DNA of 49,614 nucleotides from a virus (lineage: Duplodnaviria > Caudoviricetes). Numbering within the stretch: position 1 is the stretch's first letter; the number at the start of each line of letters is the position of its first letter. The stretch lies in IMG/VR virus record IMGVR_UViG_3300050156_000142, positions 1-49,614 of that record; one strand, written 5' to 3'. This document shows, in pieces, positions 38,093 to 46,326 of the stretch. The notes below the pieces were generated by a model. It was not told the origin of the DNA, did not search any database, and saw only the letters and a program-made list of their open reading frames with translations. Position numbers and translations under genes: made by a program.

Positions 38093-38329
38093 TCAAGCCA
38101 GGGTTGTGATCTTATGCTTCATCAGAGTATCTACATCGATACTCAACGCTGCTGCAATCTTTTCGACCGTAGCCGACATCGGCTTGAACGAAGAAGTCGG
38201 AGAAGTATTGGCAAGGATCCGACCCACCGTCTTGTGGTGGACTTCAATCATCGAAGCAAGTTGGCGATTGCTCAGACCTTGCTCGTTTTTAACAATGCGA
38301 ATGTTCTTGGCGAAACGTGAAACTGACAT
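38093..38329 (-). CDS. XRE-family HTH protein
   Basis: FAKNIR...GLSNRQLA..I.V...TV.RI...TVEKIAAALSI. Confidence 0.85.
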   Translation of the reverse strand: MSVSRFAKNIRIVKNEQGLSNRQLASMIEVHHKTVGRILANTSPTSSFKPMSATVEKIAAALSIDVDTLMKHKITTLA

Positions 38330-38385
38330 GATGAAATCCTTAACGTATTTGGAAAAGCTTAGATAAGACTAGCTCTTTGACACTA

Positions 38386-38416
38386 TTCTTATACCAGAAA
38401 AATGCGAAATATTGAA
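38386..38416 (-). promoter_or_regulatory. Phage-specific promoter copy 3 (TTCAAT-N17-TATAAG)
   Basis: TTCTTATACCA at 38386-38396; heads HTH-tRNA-ncRNA operon. Confidence 0.75.
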
Positions 38417-38607
38417 ATTTGCGCTGACGACTTTTTAGCCGCTTTTTCGGTCAGCCCTTAATCACCGAGACGCTCTTGGTAAAGCTAACCCGAATGACTC
38501 GATTGGCTTGCTCCAATGTAGCTAGGGCAGCTCGTACCGGCAAGGGTAAAGACTCGGTCTTTAGAGTCTGAGGTAGGACTAAAAGGTCCCGTTGGATGTT
38601 GAAACCT

Positions 38608-39189
38608 TTAAGCATTGGGAGGAATTCCGAGTCGGGTTTTAGCTTCTTGCACAAGAAGAGGGAAAGCCGCCAAACAAATGGCGTCCGCTTCATGGTCGGT
38701 TTGGATAACTTCTGGATTAACAGAGATGAACTTTGCTGCAGCCAAGCTGAAGCCTTTGTCCAGACTAGAAGAGGGGTTTTGAAATTGGGCATATTTACTT
38801 AGCAACTGTACTAGTTGGACTTTCCATTCAATGGCTCTGAACAGCTGAGTTGCTATTTTATCCTGACAAGCAACTCCTGTCAAGTACATTTGCATTCTTA
38901 ACATCCCTATCAGAGTTGAAATATTCTCGGTCTCTGCTGTGAACACGTTTGCATAGGGGACATACCGCTCAACTACCAAGTGGGAAACCTTGAAGTCGTG
39001 GACCGGATTAGGCAGACAAGCCAACACCAAGTGTGGAATGTTTCCAGTAAACTCTTCTAAAGACTTAGACTTTGAAGGGTTTAACGTCTTGGAAGATAAA
39101 ACTTTTACCTTAAAACCTTCATCTTTTGTCACCACGGCAAAACCTAGATTGACCCAGCCAGGGTCAATACCTATTGAGGTTGTTTGCAT
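38608..39189 (-). CDS. RuvC-like Holliday junction resolvase
   Basis: IGIDPG, VVE, WK, DHEADAI acidic catalytic set. Confidence 0.8.
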   Translation of the reverse strand: MQTTSIGIDPGWVNLGFAVVTKDEGFKVKVLSSKTLNPSKSKSLEEFTGNIPHLVLACLPNPVHDFKVSHLVVERYVPYANVFTAETENISTLIGMLRMQMYLTGVACQDKIATQLFRAIEWKVQLVQLLSKYAQFQNPSSSLDKGFSLAAAKFISVNPEVIQTDHEADAICLAAFPLLVQEAKTRLGIPPNA

Positions 39190-39197
39190 TTAAATTC

Positions 39198-39518
39198 CTA
39201 AAAAGAACTACAGGTATCTGACCCAGAAGTAATGACCCCGTCTCCACCTTGATGGACAATTATGGGATCATCTTCCCTGGCAATAATAACACCCCCGGGT
39301 CCGGTAAGGATAGGGGATCCTGCAGAGATATAAAAAGTGTGTCCACAACTGGTAGTTCCAGTGTCTCCTACTCTGGCAGCTTGGATACTGCCAATAAAGA
39401 AACCTCCGGTACCTGTAGTGATTACTCCAGTCCAGTTAACAGTTGCCCCTGAATGAGAGGGTGCCCAGCACCTTCCTGCACAAGTGTCTCCTATTCTTGC
39501 TAAACGTTTGTAAGCCAT
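39198..39518 (-). CDS. PAAR-like spike tip protein
   Basis: Three ARIGD/ARVGD/AREDD repeats with Cys/His ligands. Confidence 0.8.
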   Translation of the reverse strand: MAYKRLARIGDTCAGRCWAPSHSGATVNWTGVITTGTGGFFIGSIQAARVGDTGTTSCGHTFYISAGSPILTGPGGVIIAREDDPIIVHQGGDGVITSGSDTCSSF

Positions 39519-39555
39519 GAATAGGATTGTAGCAGGAAGATGCCGGGCAGTCTAC

Positions 39556-39926
39556 TTACCAGGTCCCAGTCGTCTTCCGAACTTCGTCCACAGACTCGGT
39601 CCAGAACGAGTCTGTGTCAAACATATCAATCATCATCAATGTGTCCGACTCCAGGACTTCTTCCCGGCGAACTGTAAGGATATTGCCGTCTCGGCGAACC
39701 AGTTCCAGCCTGCCTTTCTTGGAAAACTTCCCAGGCGCTTCTTTGAAGACATCAATTTCTACGCCGTTTACGGTAGCAAAAGAGCACTTCATTGCGAACC
39801 CAAAGCTGTCCCGGTCTACTTTCTGAAGCAGGCCGCCTCCCATGCCAAAAGCTACGTTTTCAGCACTGTAGCCTCGAATCATCAAGTTTTCAAGAATCAC
39901 CCGAATCACGTTCGGAGATTTAACAG
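39556..39926 (-). pseudogene. nadV: C-terminal fragment of nicotinamide phosphoribosyltransferase
   Basis: ENVAFGMGGGLLQKVDRD..FAMKCS...SKKGRL; truncated at IS left end, N-terminal part absent. Confidence 0.85.
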
Positions 39927-39956
39927 AGTGGATCATTTATGAGTTATAATACGTAT

Positions 39957-40601
39957 ATGAGTTCATCACGTACATATTTACCAGTGGGAAAGGCTGCGGA
40001 CTTTTTAGGAGTTTGTGTGAAGACTCTCCAGAGGTGGGATAGAGAAGGCAGCTTTGTGCCTATTATTCGTACAGACACTAACCGTCGTATGTACACTTTG
40101 GAGCAGCTTGAAATCAAGCTTAGGATTCCTCAAGATAAGCCTCAAGTTCCAGTCGCTTACTGTAGAGTTTCTTCCCAAAATCAGAAGCCAGACTTGGCAA
40201 ATCAAGTTAAGATTGTGCAAGAGTTTGCAGCATCCATTGGGTTAGCTGAAATTGAGATGGTTACAGAAGTAGGTGGGGGGCTTAATTTTCGAAGAAAGAA
40301 GTTCCAAGAACTTATCTCAAGAGTTGAACTGGGTGAGATTTCCTGTATAATTCTAGCTCATAAAGACAGATTGGTTAGATTTGGCTTTGAATTCTTTGAG
40401 GACTTTTGTAAGCAGCATAAGTGTGAAATTAAGGTTTTGAATCAAACCTCTCATTCCCCAGAAGAAGAGATGGTTCAGGACTTAATGACTATTGTTCACT
40501 GCTTCTCTTCAAGACTTTACGGCCTACGTAATTACCGAAAAGCACTTCAAAATGCCATCAGCCAGCCTAGCACACAAGATCAAACTCCTGCCAACTCTTG
40601 A
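39957..40601 (+). CDS. tnpA: IS607 serine transposase
   Basis: MerR-like HTH (LGV..KTLQRWD..G), YCRVSS, EVGGGLN, DRLVRFGFE, FSSRLYG; TATAAT 6 nt before ATG. Confidence 0.93.
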   Translation: MSSSRTYLPVGKAADFLGVCVKTLQRWDREGSFVPIIRTDTNRRMYTLEQLEIKLRIPQDKPQVPVAYCRVSSQNQKPDLANQVKIVQEFAASIGLAEIEMVTEVGGGLNFRRKKFQELISRVELGEISCIILAHKDRLVRFGFEFFEDFCKQHKCEIKVLNQTSHSPEEEMVQDLMTIVHCFSSRLYGLRNYRKALQNAISQPSTQDQTPANS

Positions 40602-41682
40602 GCAGGAGGTGTACTTTCGTCAGGCGGCCGGAGTAGCTCGCAAGACTTATAATGTAGCTTTGGCTGCTTGGAATTCTACCTATGAAGCTGAGGGTAGGGT
40701 TTCCTGTGGGGCCTTGAAGAAAGCTTTTAACTCTACTTACAAGGCAGAGTTCCCCTATATGACGGAAGTGCATAGGGATTGTCATTCTCAGCCCTTTAAG
40801 AATTTACAAACAGCTTGGACTAACTACTTTAGAAGTCTAAGGGACCCCTCTTTGCCAAAAGTAGAAAGACCTACTTTCAAATGTAAGGGTAGAAGTAAAG
40901 ACTCTTTCTATGTTGCCAATGATAAGTTTTCAGTCTCTGGTAAGTTCATCAAGTTACCTAAAGTAGGGGTTGTTAAACTGGCAGAAGAGCTTCGATTTGT
41001 TGGGAAGATTATGTCAGCTACAGTCTCTCGTCAAGCAGACTGCTGGTCTATCTCTATCTCAATGATAGTAGAAAATGCTGAGCGAACGCAAGACCTAAAG
41101 CAAGAATCGGTAGGGGTAGACCTAGGTGTCACCACTGCACTTACCCTATCGGGAGGGATCAAGATAGATTCTCCTAGACCTTTAAAAAGATATCTAAGCC
41201 GGATTAAGAGACAAAGTAGATCTTTTTCTAGAAAACAAAAGGATGGAAAGAACAGAGAAAAAGCAAGACTAAAATTGGCAAAGACTTACAAAAAGATCAC
41301 CGATATCCGTAGCGACTTCACTCATAAAGTCACTACTAAACTCTGCCGTGAAAACCAAACGGTCGTGATTGAGGATCTTAATGTTAAGTCTATGCACCAA
41401 AGTGCTTGCTCTGGGATGTCCAGAGCTATTTCTGACGTAGGATTTTTTGAAATCAGAAGGCAGCTAACTTACAAAGCAAAGCTCTTTGGTACCAACCTTG
41501 TTGTTGCAGACAGATGGTTTCCATCTTCTAAGATTTGTAGTTCTTGTGGAATCAAGAACACTACCTTAGGTAGGGGTGACAAGAGGTGGGTTTGCCCTTC
41601 TTGTGGAAGCCATCATGATCGAGATGTCAATGCCAGTGAAAACCTTAATAGGTATCCTGCCTGGGCAGCCCTACGTTCTTAA
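40552..41682 (+). CDS. tnpB: TnpB RNA-guided nuclease
   Basis: RuvC GVDLG, IEDL, DRDVNA intact; CSSC/CPSC zinc finger. Confidence 0.93.
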   Translation: MPSASLAHKIKLLPTLEQEVYFRQAAGVARKTYNVALAAWNSTYEAEGRVSCGALKKAFNSTYKAEFPYMTEVHRDCHSQPFKNLQTAWTNYFRSLRDPSLPKVERPTFKCKGRSKDSFYVANDKFSVSGKFIKLPKVGVVKLAEELRFVGKIMSATVSRQADCWSISISMIVENAERTQDLKQESVGVDLGVTTALTLSGGIKIDSPRPLKRYLSRIKRQSRSFSRKQKDGKNREKARLKLAKTYKKITDIRSDFTHKVTTKLCRENQTVVIEDLNVKSMHQSACSGMSRAISDVGFFEIRRQLTYKAKLFGTNLVVADRWFPSSKICSSCGIKNTTLGRGDKRWVCPSCGSHHDRDVNASENLNRYPAWAALRS

Positions 41683-41829
41683 TTAAACAAATCTACCCCT
41701 GGCCAAGGGGAAAGTAACGCCTACTGTCGATTACCAGATTAGCTTGCTGGTTTGGTAATCCGGGTAGGAAATCTAGCCAGTGTACATTAGTACACGTTAG
41801 ATATGGCAGTCCGATCTGTTTAAATGAGA
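41683..41829 (+). ncRNA. TnpB omega RNA scaffold plus guide
   Basis: Hairpins 41696-41710, 41729-41760 (14 bp, G-U on plus), 41780-41795; guide predicted from 41810. Confidence 0.7.
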
Positions 41830-41854
41830 AGAGCCCGAAATGGGCTCTGTACTA

Positions 41855-41885
41855 TTCTTATACCAAGGAATACACAGGTTTAGGA
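41855..41885 (-). promoter_or_regulatory. Phage-specific promoter copy 4, probably the former nadV promoter
   Basis: TTCTTATACCA at 41855-41865 pointing into IS right end. Confidence 0.7.
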
Positions 41886-41886
41886 A

Positions 41887-42840
41887 TTAATAGACCCATT
41901 CTCCTGAGAGAGCGTTTTTAGAGTATTGAACCACCGTAGTTTCAAAGAAGTTACCAAAGGTGTTTGACAAGACCAGGTCAATCCAAGGCAGAGGGTTCGT
42001 CTTTACTCCGAACTGAGGCTTCAATCCAAGCTGCTGCATACGGTAATCACAGACGTACCTCACATAAAGCTTGGTGTCTTCTGCCGTCAGGGAAGGGTTT
42101 GAGCCGGTAGAATACACTAAGTCTATAAACTCGTCCTCAAGCTTGACGACAGACCTTGCCGTCTCATAGATCTGAGCTTTGAAATGGTTATTAATGATCG
42201 TCGGGTTTTCCTGCAAGTAGATCTTGAACAGCTCAGATAAGCCTTCCACATGAAGGGTTTCATCCGCGACGCTCCAAAGATTGATGGAGATAGTTCCCGG
42301 GCAAACCCCCCGCTGACTCAGGGAGAGCAGCATTGCGAAGGAGCCGAAGAGATTTACCCCCTCCATAAGTACCTGCTTTGCAAGGTACGTAGCGACTCCG
42401 CTAGAAGAGGAGAGGTCAGTCTCTTCAACCATGAAGTCATGTTTGCTCTTCATTTCGGAGTAGGTCAAGAACTCTTCCATGAAGGCTTGAGTGTCAAAGC
42501 CTAAGGTTTCATTAAGCTTTCTGTATCCATGCACATGAATTGACTCTCGTGCAGCAAAGGACATGAGCATCATTCTGGCGTCTGGGTTCTTAAAGATAGG
42601 CAAGAGCTTCTCTACATATGCAGCAGCAACGTCCGTGTCGCTTTGAGTAAAGAGCCTCAGGACGTTTTTAATGTAAGCCTTCTCTTCGTCCTTGATGGTA
42701 CCGTTCTTCCATTGCTCAGAGTCCTGGCGGAGATCAGCCTCATCCGGGATCCAGTGGCTGCGCTCATGCCGATCCATGACGTCCTTGAGAGTAGAGTAAG
42801 TGGGGGTGTAGATTTCTGATTTTTGAGTTAGATTTGACAT
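41887..42840 (-). CDS. nrdB: Class I ribonucleotide reductase beta subunit
   Basis: FTQSD, ESIH...Y, EG..LFGSF, DETLH, NPLPW, NFFE..V.QY; start ATG 42840. Confidence 0.93.
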   Translation of the reverse strand: MSNLTQKSEIYTPTYSTLKDVMDRHERSHWIPDEADLRQDSEQWKNGTIKDEEKAYIKNVLRLFTQSDTDVAAAYVEKLLPIFKNPDARMMLMSFAARESIHVHGYRKLNETLGFDTQAFMEEFLTYSEMKSKHDFMVEETDLSSSSGVATYLAKQVLMEGVNLFGSFAMLLSLSQRGVCPGTISINLWSVADETLHVEGLSELFKIYLQENPTIINNHFKAQIYETARSVVKLEDEFIDLVYSTGSNPSLTAEDTKLYVRYVCDYRMQQLGLKPQFGVKTNPLPWIDLVLSNTFGNFFETTVVQYSKNALSGEWVY

Positions 42841-42904
42841 TGATTTGATCCAGTTTAAAAACCCAGTGGGGGGTCCTGGGTTCGATTTATGAGAAATAGG
42901 GTCT

Positions 42905-45742
42905 TTAGCCCTGGCAGGCAACGCAGTCTTCCCCCTTCCAGTCCACCAAAGCCTTTCGCTCGATATCCTTGGCAGTATCCACCTTGGTTTCTCGCTCCAT
43001 TCTAAAGTAATACAGAGTAAGGATGTTCTCAGACTTGAGGTACTTCAAGTGAACACTATTCACATATTCCTTAGACATACCTGCAGTAAAGAATAGATTG
43101 AGAGATTGGGCTTGGCAAATGTAACCCCCACGTTGATCTGCTAACTCTACAAGCCAATGCTGGTCAAGCTCAGTGGCACACTTGAAGACGTTCTTCTCGT
43201 GGTCACTGAGGAAGTCTAGGTGCTGTACCGACCCATCATGAGCCAAGATATCATTCCAGACTGCTCGAGTGTTTAGACCCTTACTTTCCAGCAGGGCTTC
43301 TAAGTGTCGATTCTTGATAACAAAGTTTCCTGCCCGAGTTTCCTTCAAGAAGATGTTGCGATACCACGGCTCGATACTGGGAGAAGTACCTGCCAAGTCT
43401 GCGCTATTAGAATTAGGAGCCAGAGCCAGTAGCCTAGAGTTTCTCAGCCCAGTACCGATCATGTCAGGAGCCTCTCCTCTTTCCTCGGCAAGCTTCTTAC
43501 TTTCCTCCAAGGCTCGGCTCTTGATTAGCCCGTAGACTTGGTGAGTAAGTTGCGTTGCAGAGTTAAACCCCCCACTCTCAAAGGCAACCCCTTTGCTTTG
43601 CAGTAAGGCATGCCATCCGAAAGTCCCCAAGCCCAGTGCCCGTTCCCTCTCTGCAGAGAACTTGGATTTACTCAGCGTGTCAGGGGCGTTGCTGATAAAG
43701 TACTGCAGTACGTTGTCAAGAAATCTGATCAAATCCTGAACGATAGAGGTTGACTTCCACTCTTCGAACTTCTCCAGATTAAGAGAGGACAGGCAGCACA
43801 CAAAGGTTCGGAATTCATCGGTAGGCAGTAATATTTCTGAGCACTGCCCAGTTAGTACTCCATTGAAAACCCCCATACCTCTCTTAGGTTCTGTAAAGCA
43901 ATAGGTTTTATCAATTCTGCCTGTGTATTCCACGCTCTTAACTTGGACGAATCTTTCTGCTTCCCTATTAGGGATAGAGTCTAGCAATTTAACCCGCTTT
44001 GGGGAAAACCCTAGGCTCTTAAGGGTAACAATACCATTCCCGGAAACCAGGAGTCTTTGCACTTTCTTACAGTCGAAAAGTCCGTATTCTCCTGTGCCGT
44101 TATTCAGGGGGAGTGAGGCTGACCTTGCTTCATGCATGACGCGGACCTTAGAAGACACTCCAAGAGTTTGAAGCATCAGTTGGATCTTCTCCAGAAAGCC
44201 CACCTCTGTAGATGCTATCTGTAATGTCTGAGACTTCTCATCAGTTTGAAGAGAGGTGCCATCTGAATCTACAATCCCTTCTAACCAATCCAGCCTAGAC
44301 TTGACAGAAAAGGTAGAGTCTGGGACGAAGTACTTAGAGCGCAGTCCGTCTATGTACCCATACTCCCGGTCAGTAGATTCTTGCACTACCCACTGACGTG
44401 AATAGGGGATAAACTGGTCTTTCAGTTTGCGCTTCTCTCCATATAGATAAACTCTATGACCTAAGAAGGCAGCCCCCCTCATCACCGTGCACCCATCTCC
44501 TGAGTAAAAACCATTCTGATACGCCAATGGTAATTCTTGGTCCCCATTGATGATCGGGAGACTATTCGGCTTTATAAGCCTATCCCCTGGCTTTAGTTCA
44601 TGAGCCCTGGCCATTCTTACGCCACCTGTGTAGTTTGTGACTACGTAGAATTTATGGTATGGGGTACATTCCAGCTCTTGACCTGAATCTGTAACAACCT
44701 TTACCAGCTCAGACCCTTCTGAAGTTTGAAAAATCTCTACTTTGCTGAACTCAGAACCGTTCCATACGTTAACCGTTTGGCCTTCTAGGTCCTGAATAGG
44801 GATATGGCCTTCATCTGTCAGAATCAAAGTCTCTGGGGCTACACAAAGATTTGACCCTCGAATCTTCAAACCCAGCTTTCGCTGAGCTTCAGGCATCTTT
44901 CTATTTGCTAAGTCTACCTTTAGTAAGTAGGGCTCTCCGGTCAATGCCCGCGTCTCTAGGATATCTTCCCAGACCGATCTAGCGCTCAACGTGTCATATA
45001 CTTTACCGGTGTGAGGACATTTGAGGTCGTAGGTCGTGTTGTCCTCTACCGCCTTGATGAACTCATCGGTAAGGTTGATCGCACAGTGAAACTGCTGGCG
45101 GTTATCAGAGCGTCTCTTTGCATCCCCGCCTGGAACTCTAAACCGAATATGCTCCAGGATATCAGGATGGTCCACGCCCATATAGTACGCCAGGGCTCCG
45201 CGTCTGCTTCCGGACTGCTTGAAATACCCAATAGCAGAGTCCATCATCTTCATGTACGGAATAGGTCCGGGAGCCTTCTTAGAAGTACCTCGAACGCTAT
45301 TATGGGCACCGACGCCACCACCTGCCATAGACAAGGTAGCCAACTCTTGAATAGTCTCTACCTGGCCCTTTGCAGTGTCTGGCACATCAAAGGCAAAGCA
45401 ACTGATAGGCATGCCGTTACCCTTTTCTTCAGGAATGAAAGTGTGCTTATACCAGTAGTAGCTTCCAGTCTTTTCCTTATCAGGAATCCACTTCCCCTTG
45501 ACTGCATTACTCAGTACGGGGCTTGCGTACATGAACCAACCCTTGTAGGCATAGTCGTAAATGCGTTGAGCAAGCTCATAGTCCCCGTAGCAAAAAGTGG
45601 TTGCAGGTCGGGCCAAGGCTTGAGGGATAGTCTCATCCTCTCTTACGTAATGCCCTTCTAACAGGGTCTTTGAAAAATCATCGACGTATTCTGGATTCTT
45701 ACGGTCAATTTCGATGCCTTGGTAATGATACTTTGATGACAT
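42905..45742 (-). CDS. nrdA: Class I ribonucleotide reductase alpha subunit (no ATP cone) with intein
   Basis: ASP..SN, ISC, GGGVG, GSNL/CSE, CCLSSLN, LAPN, TLYY, C-terminal CxxC. Confidence 0.95.
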   Translation of the reverse strand: MSSKYHYQGIEIDRKNPEYVDDFSKTLLEGHYVREDETIPQALARPATTFCYGDYELAQRIYDYAYKGWFMYASPVLSNAVKGKWIPDKEKTGSYYWYKHTFIPEEKGNGMPISCFAFDVPDTAKGQVETIQELATLSMAGGGVGAHNSVRGTSKKAPGPIPYMKMMDSAIGYFKQSGSRRGALAYYMGVDHPDILEHIRFRVPGGDAKRRSDNRQQFHCAINLTDEFIKAVEDNTTYDLKCPHTGKVYDTLSARSVWEDILETRALTGEPYLLKVDLANRKMPEAQRKLGLKIRGSNLCVAPETLILTDEGHIPIQDLEGQTVNVWNGSEFSKVEIFQTSEGSELVKVVTDSGQELECTPYHKFYVVTNYTGGVRMARAHELKPGDRLIKPNSLPIINGDQELPLAYQNGFYSGDGCTVMRGAAFLGHRVYLYGEKRKLKDQFIPYSRQWVVQESTDREYGYIDGLRSKYFVPDSTFSVKSRLDWLEGIVDSDGTSLQTDEKSQTLQIASTEVGFLEKIQLMLQTLGVSSKVRVMHEARSASLPLNNGTGEYGLFDCKKVQRLLVSGNGIVTLKSLGFSPKRVKLLDSIPNREAERFVQVKSVEYTGRIDKTYCFTEPKRGMGVFNGVLTGQCSEILLPTDEFRTFVCCLSSLNLEKFEEWKSTSIVQDLIRFLDNVLQYFISNAPDTLSKSKFSAERERALGLGTFGWHALLQSKGVAFESGGFNSATQLTHQVYGLIKSRALEESKKLAEERGEAPDMIGTGLRNSRLLALAPNSNSADLAGTSPSIEPWYRNIFLKETRAGNFVIKNRHLEALLESKGLNTRAVWNDILAHDGSVQHLDFLSDHEKNVFKCATELDQHWLVELADQRGGYICQAQSLNLFFTAGMSKEYVNSVHLKYLKSENILTLYYFRMERETKVDTAKDIERKALVDWKGEDCVACQG
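43844..44845 (-). mobile_element. 334-aa intein with LAGLIDADG homing endonuclease
   Basis: CVAPET start, TPYH block B, GFYSGDG and EGIVDSDG motifs, ends LTGQ before extein Cys. Confidence 0.92.
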
Positions 45743-45786
45743 TGCTGTGAAATTCCTAATAGGTTATAAACTAAATGAAGATTGGG

Positions 45787-45815
45787 ATTGTACCAAAAAC
45801 TCCCCTTCCAGTCAA
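45787..45815 (-). promoter_or_regulatory. Sigma70-like promoter for nrdAB, TTGACT-N17-TACAAT
   Basis: Consensus hexamers with extended TG. Confidence 0.7.
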
Positions 45816-45902
45816 GATTGAACTGGGGGTAGTCTCTGGTGGACTGTAATTTTAGTCTAAACCTAGAAAAAATAGGTCTGACTAATTTACAACTCCTAGG
45901 CT

Positions 45903-45966
45903 AAAAAAAGCCAGTGAAATCTAGGATTTCAATCTGGCTTGCAACAAAGACCTGAGTCTTTATTGT
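45903..45966 (-). ncRNA. Candidate ~64-nt small RNA (hairpin plus terminator)
   Basis: Promoter copy 5 followed directly by a 10-bp hairpin and an intrinsic terminator. Confidence 0.5.
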
Positions 45967-45970
45967 ACTT

Positions 45971-46001
45971 TTCTTATACCAGCTTTCTTTGAGAAATTGA
46001 G
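45971..46001 (-). promoter_or_regulatory. Phage-specific promoter copy 5 (CTCAAT-N17-TATAAG)
   Basis: TTCTTATACCA at 45971-45981. Confidence 0.75.
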
Positions 46002-46012
46002 GTCGGGTAGGC

Positions 46013-46321
46013 TCAACTGGCTTCTAGTCCTGGCTCAGGAACGTCCTGAACTAGGTTCCCGACGGGGTTGTCGGTGTAGCGTCTACTTGGTGAAAATGGT
46101 GGGACAATAGGCGGAAACACCAGTTCTTCTCGACCTACTAGAGTTTTTAGCGCATTTCGGATTTCCACCAAGTCTTCTTTAGTGCAGACCACTGACACCA
46201 AGTCGGTAGCCATCACCCCATCTTTACCCAAGCGATAGTGGGGTTTAGTGTTGGATTCCACCAACAAAGCCTCAATCTTGGCTTTCAAAGCCTCTGTGAT
46301 AACATAGTTTTGCATGTTCAA
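46013..46321 (-). CDS. Hypothetical protein
   Basis: ORF in operon order. Confidence 0.6.
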   Translation of the reverse strand: MNMQNYVITEALKAKIEALLVESNTKPHYRLGKDGVMATDLVSVVCTKEDLVEIRNALKTLVGREELVFPPIVPPFSPSRRYTDNPVGNLVQDVPEPGLEAS

Positions 46322-46326
46322 CTTTC

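Larger units (their letters stand above)
39927..41809 (+). mobile_element. IS607-family insertion sequence (tnpA + tnpB)
   Basis: Serine recombinase plus TnpB; CAG at both inferred junctions (39924-26 and 41807-09); ends approximate. Confidence 0.85.

Noticed and set aside
38451-38792. 113-aa ORF overlapping RuvC
   Set aside because: 185-nt same-strand overlap and no motif; a shorter gene cannot be excluded
40492-40551. Upstream TTG start for tnpB
   Set aside because: Deep overlap with tnpA; TnpB-like sequence begins after ATG 40552
42841-42921. N-terminal extension of nrdB
   Set aside because: Overlaps the nrdA end and an intergenic hairpin; family-like sequence starts near 42840
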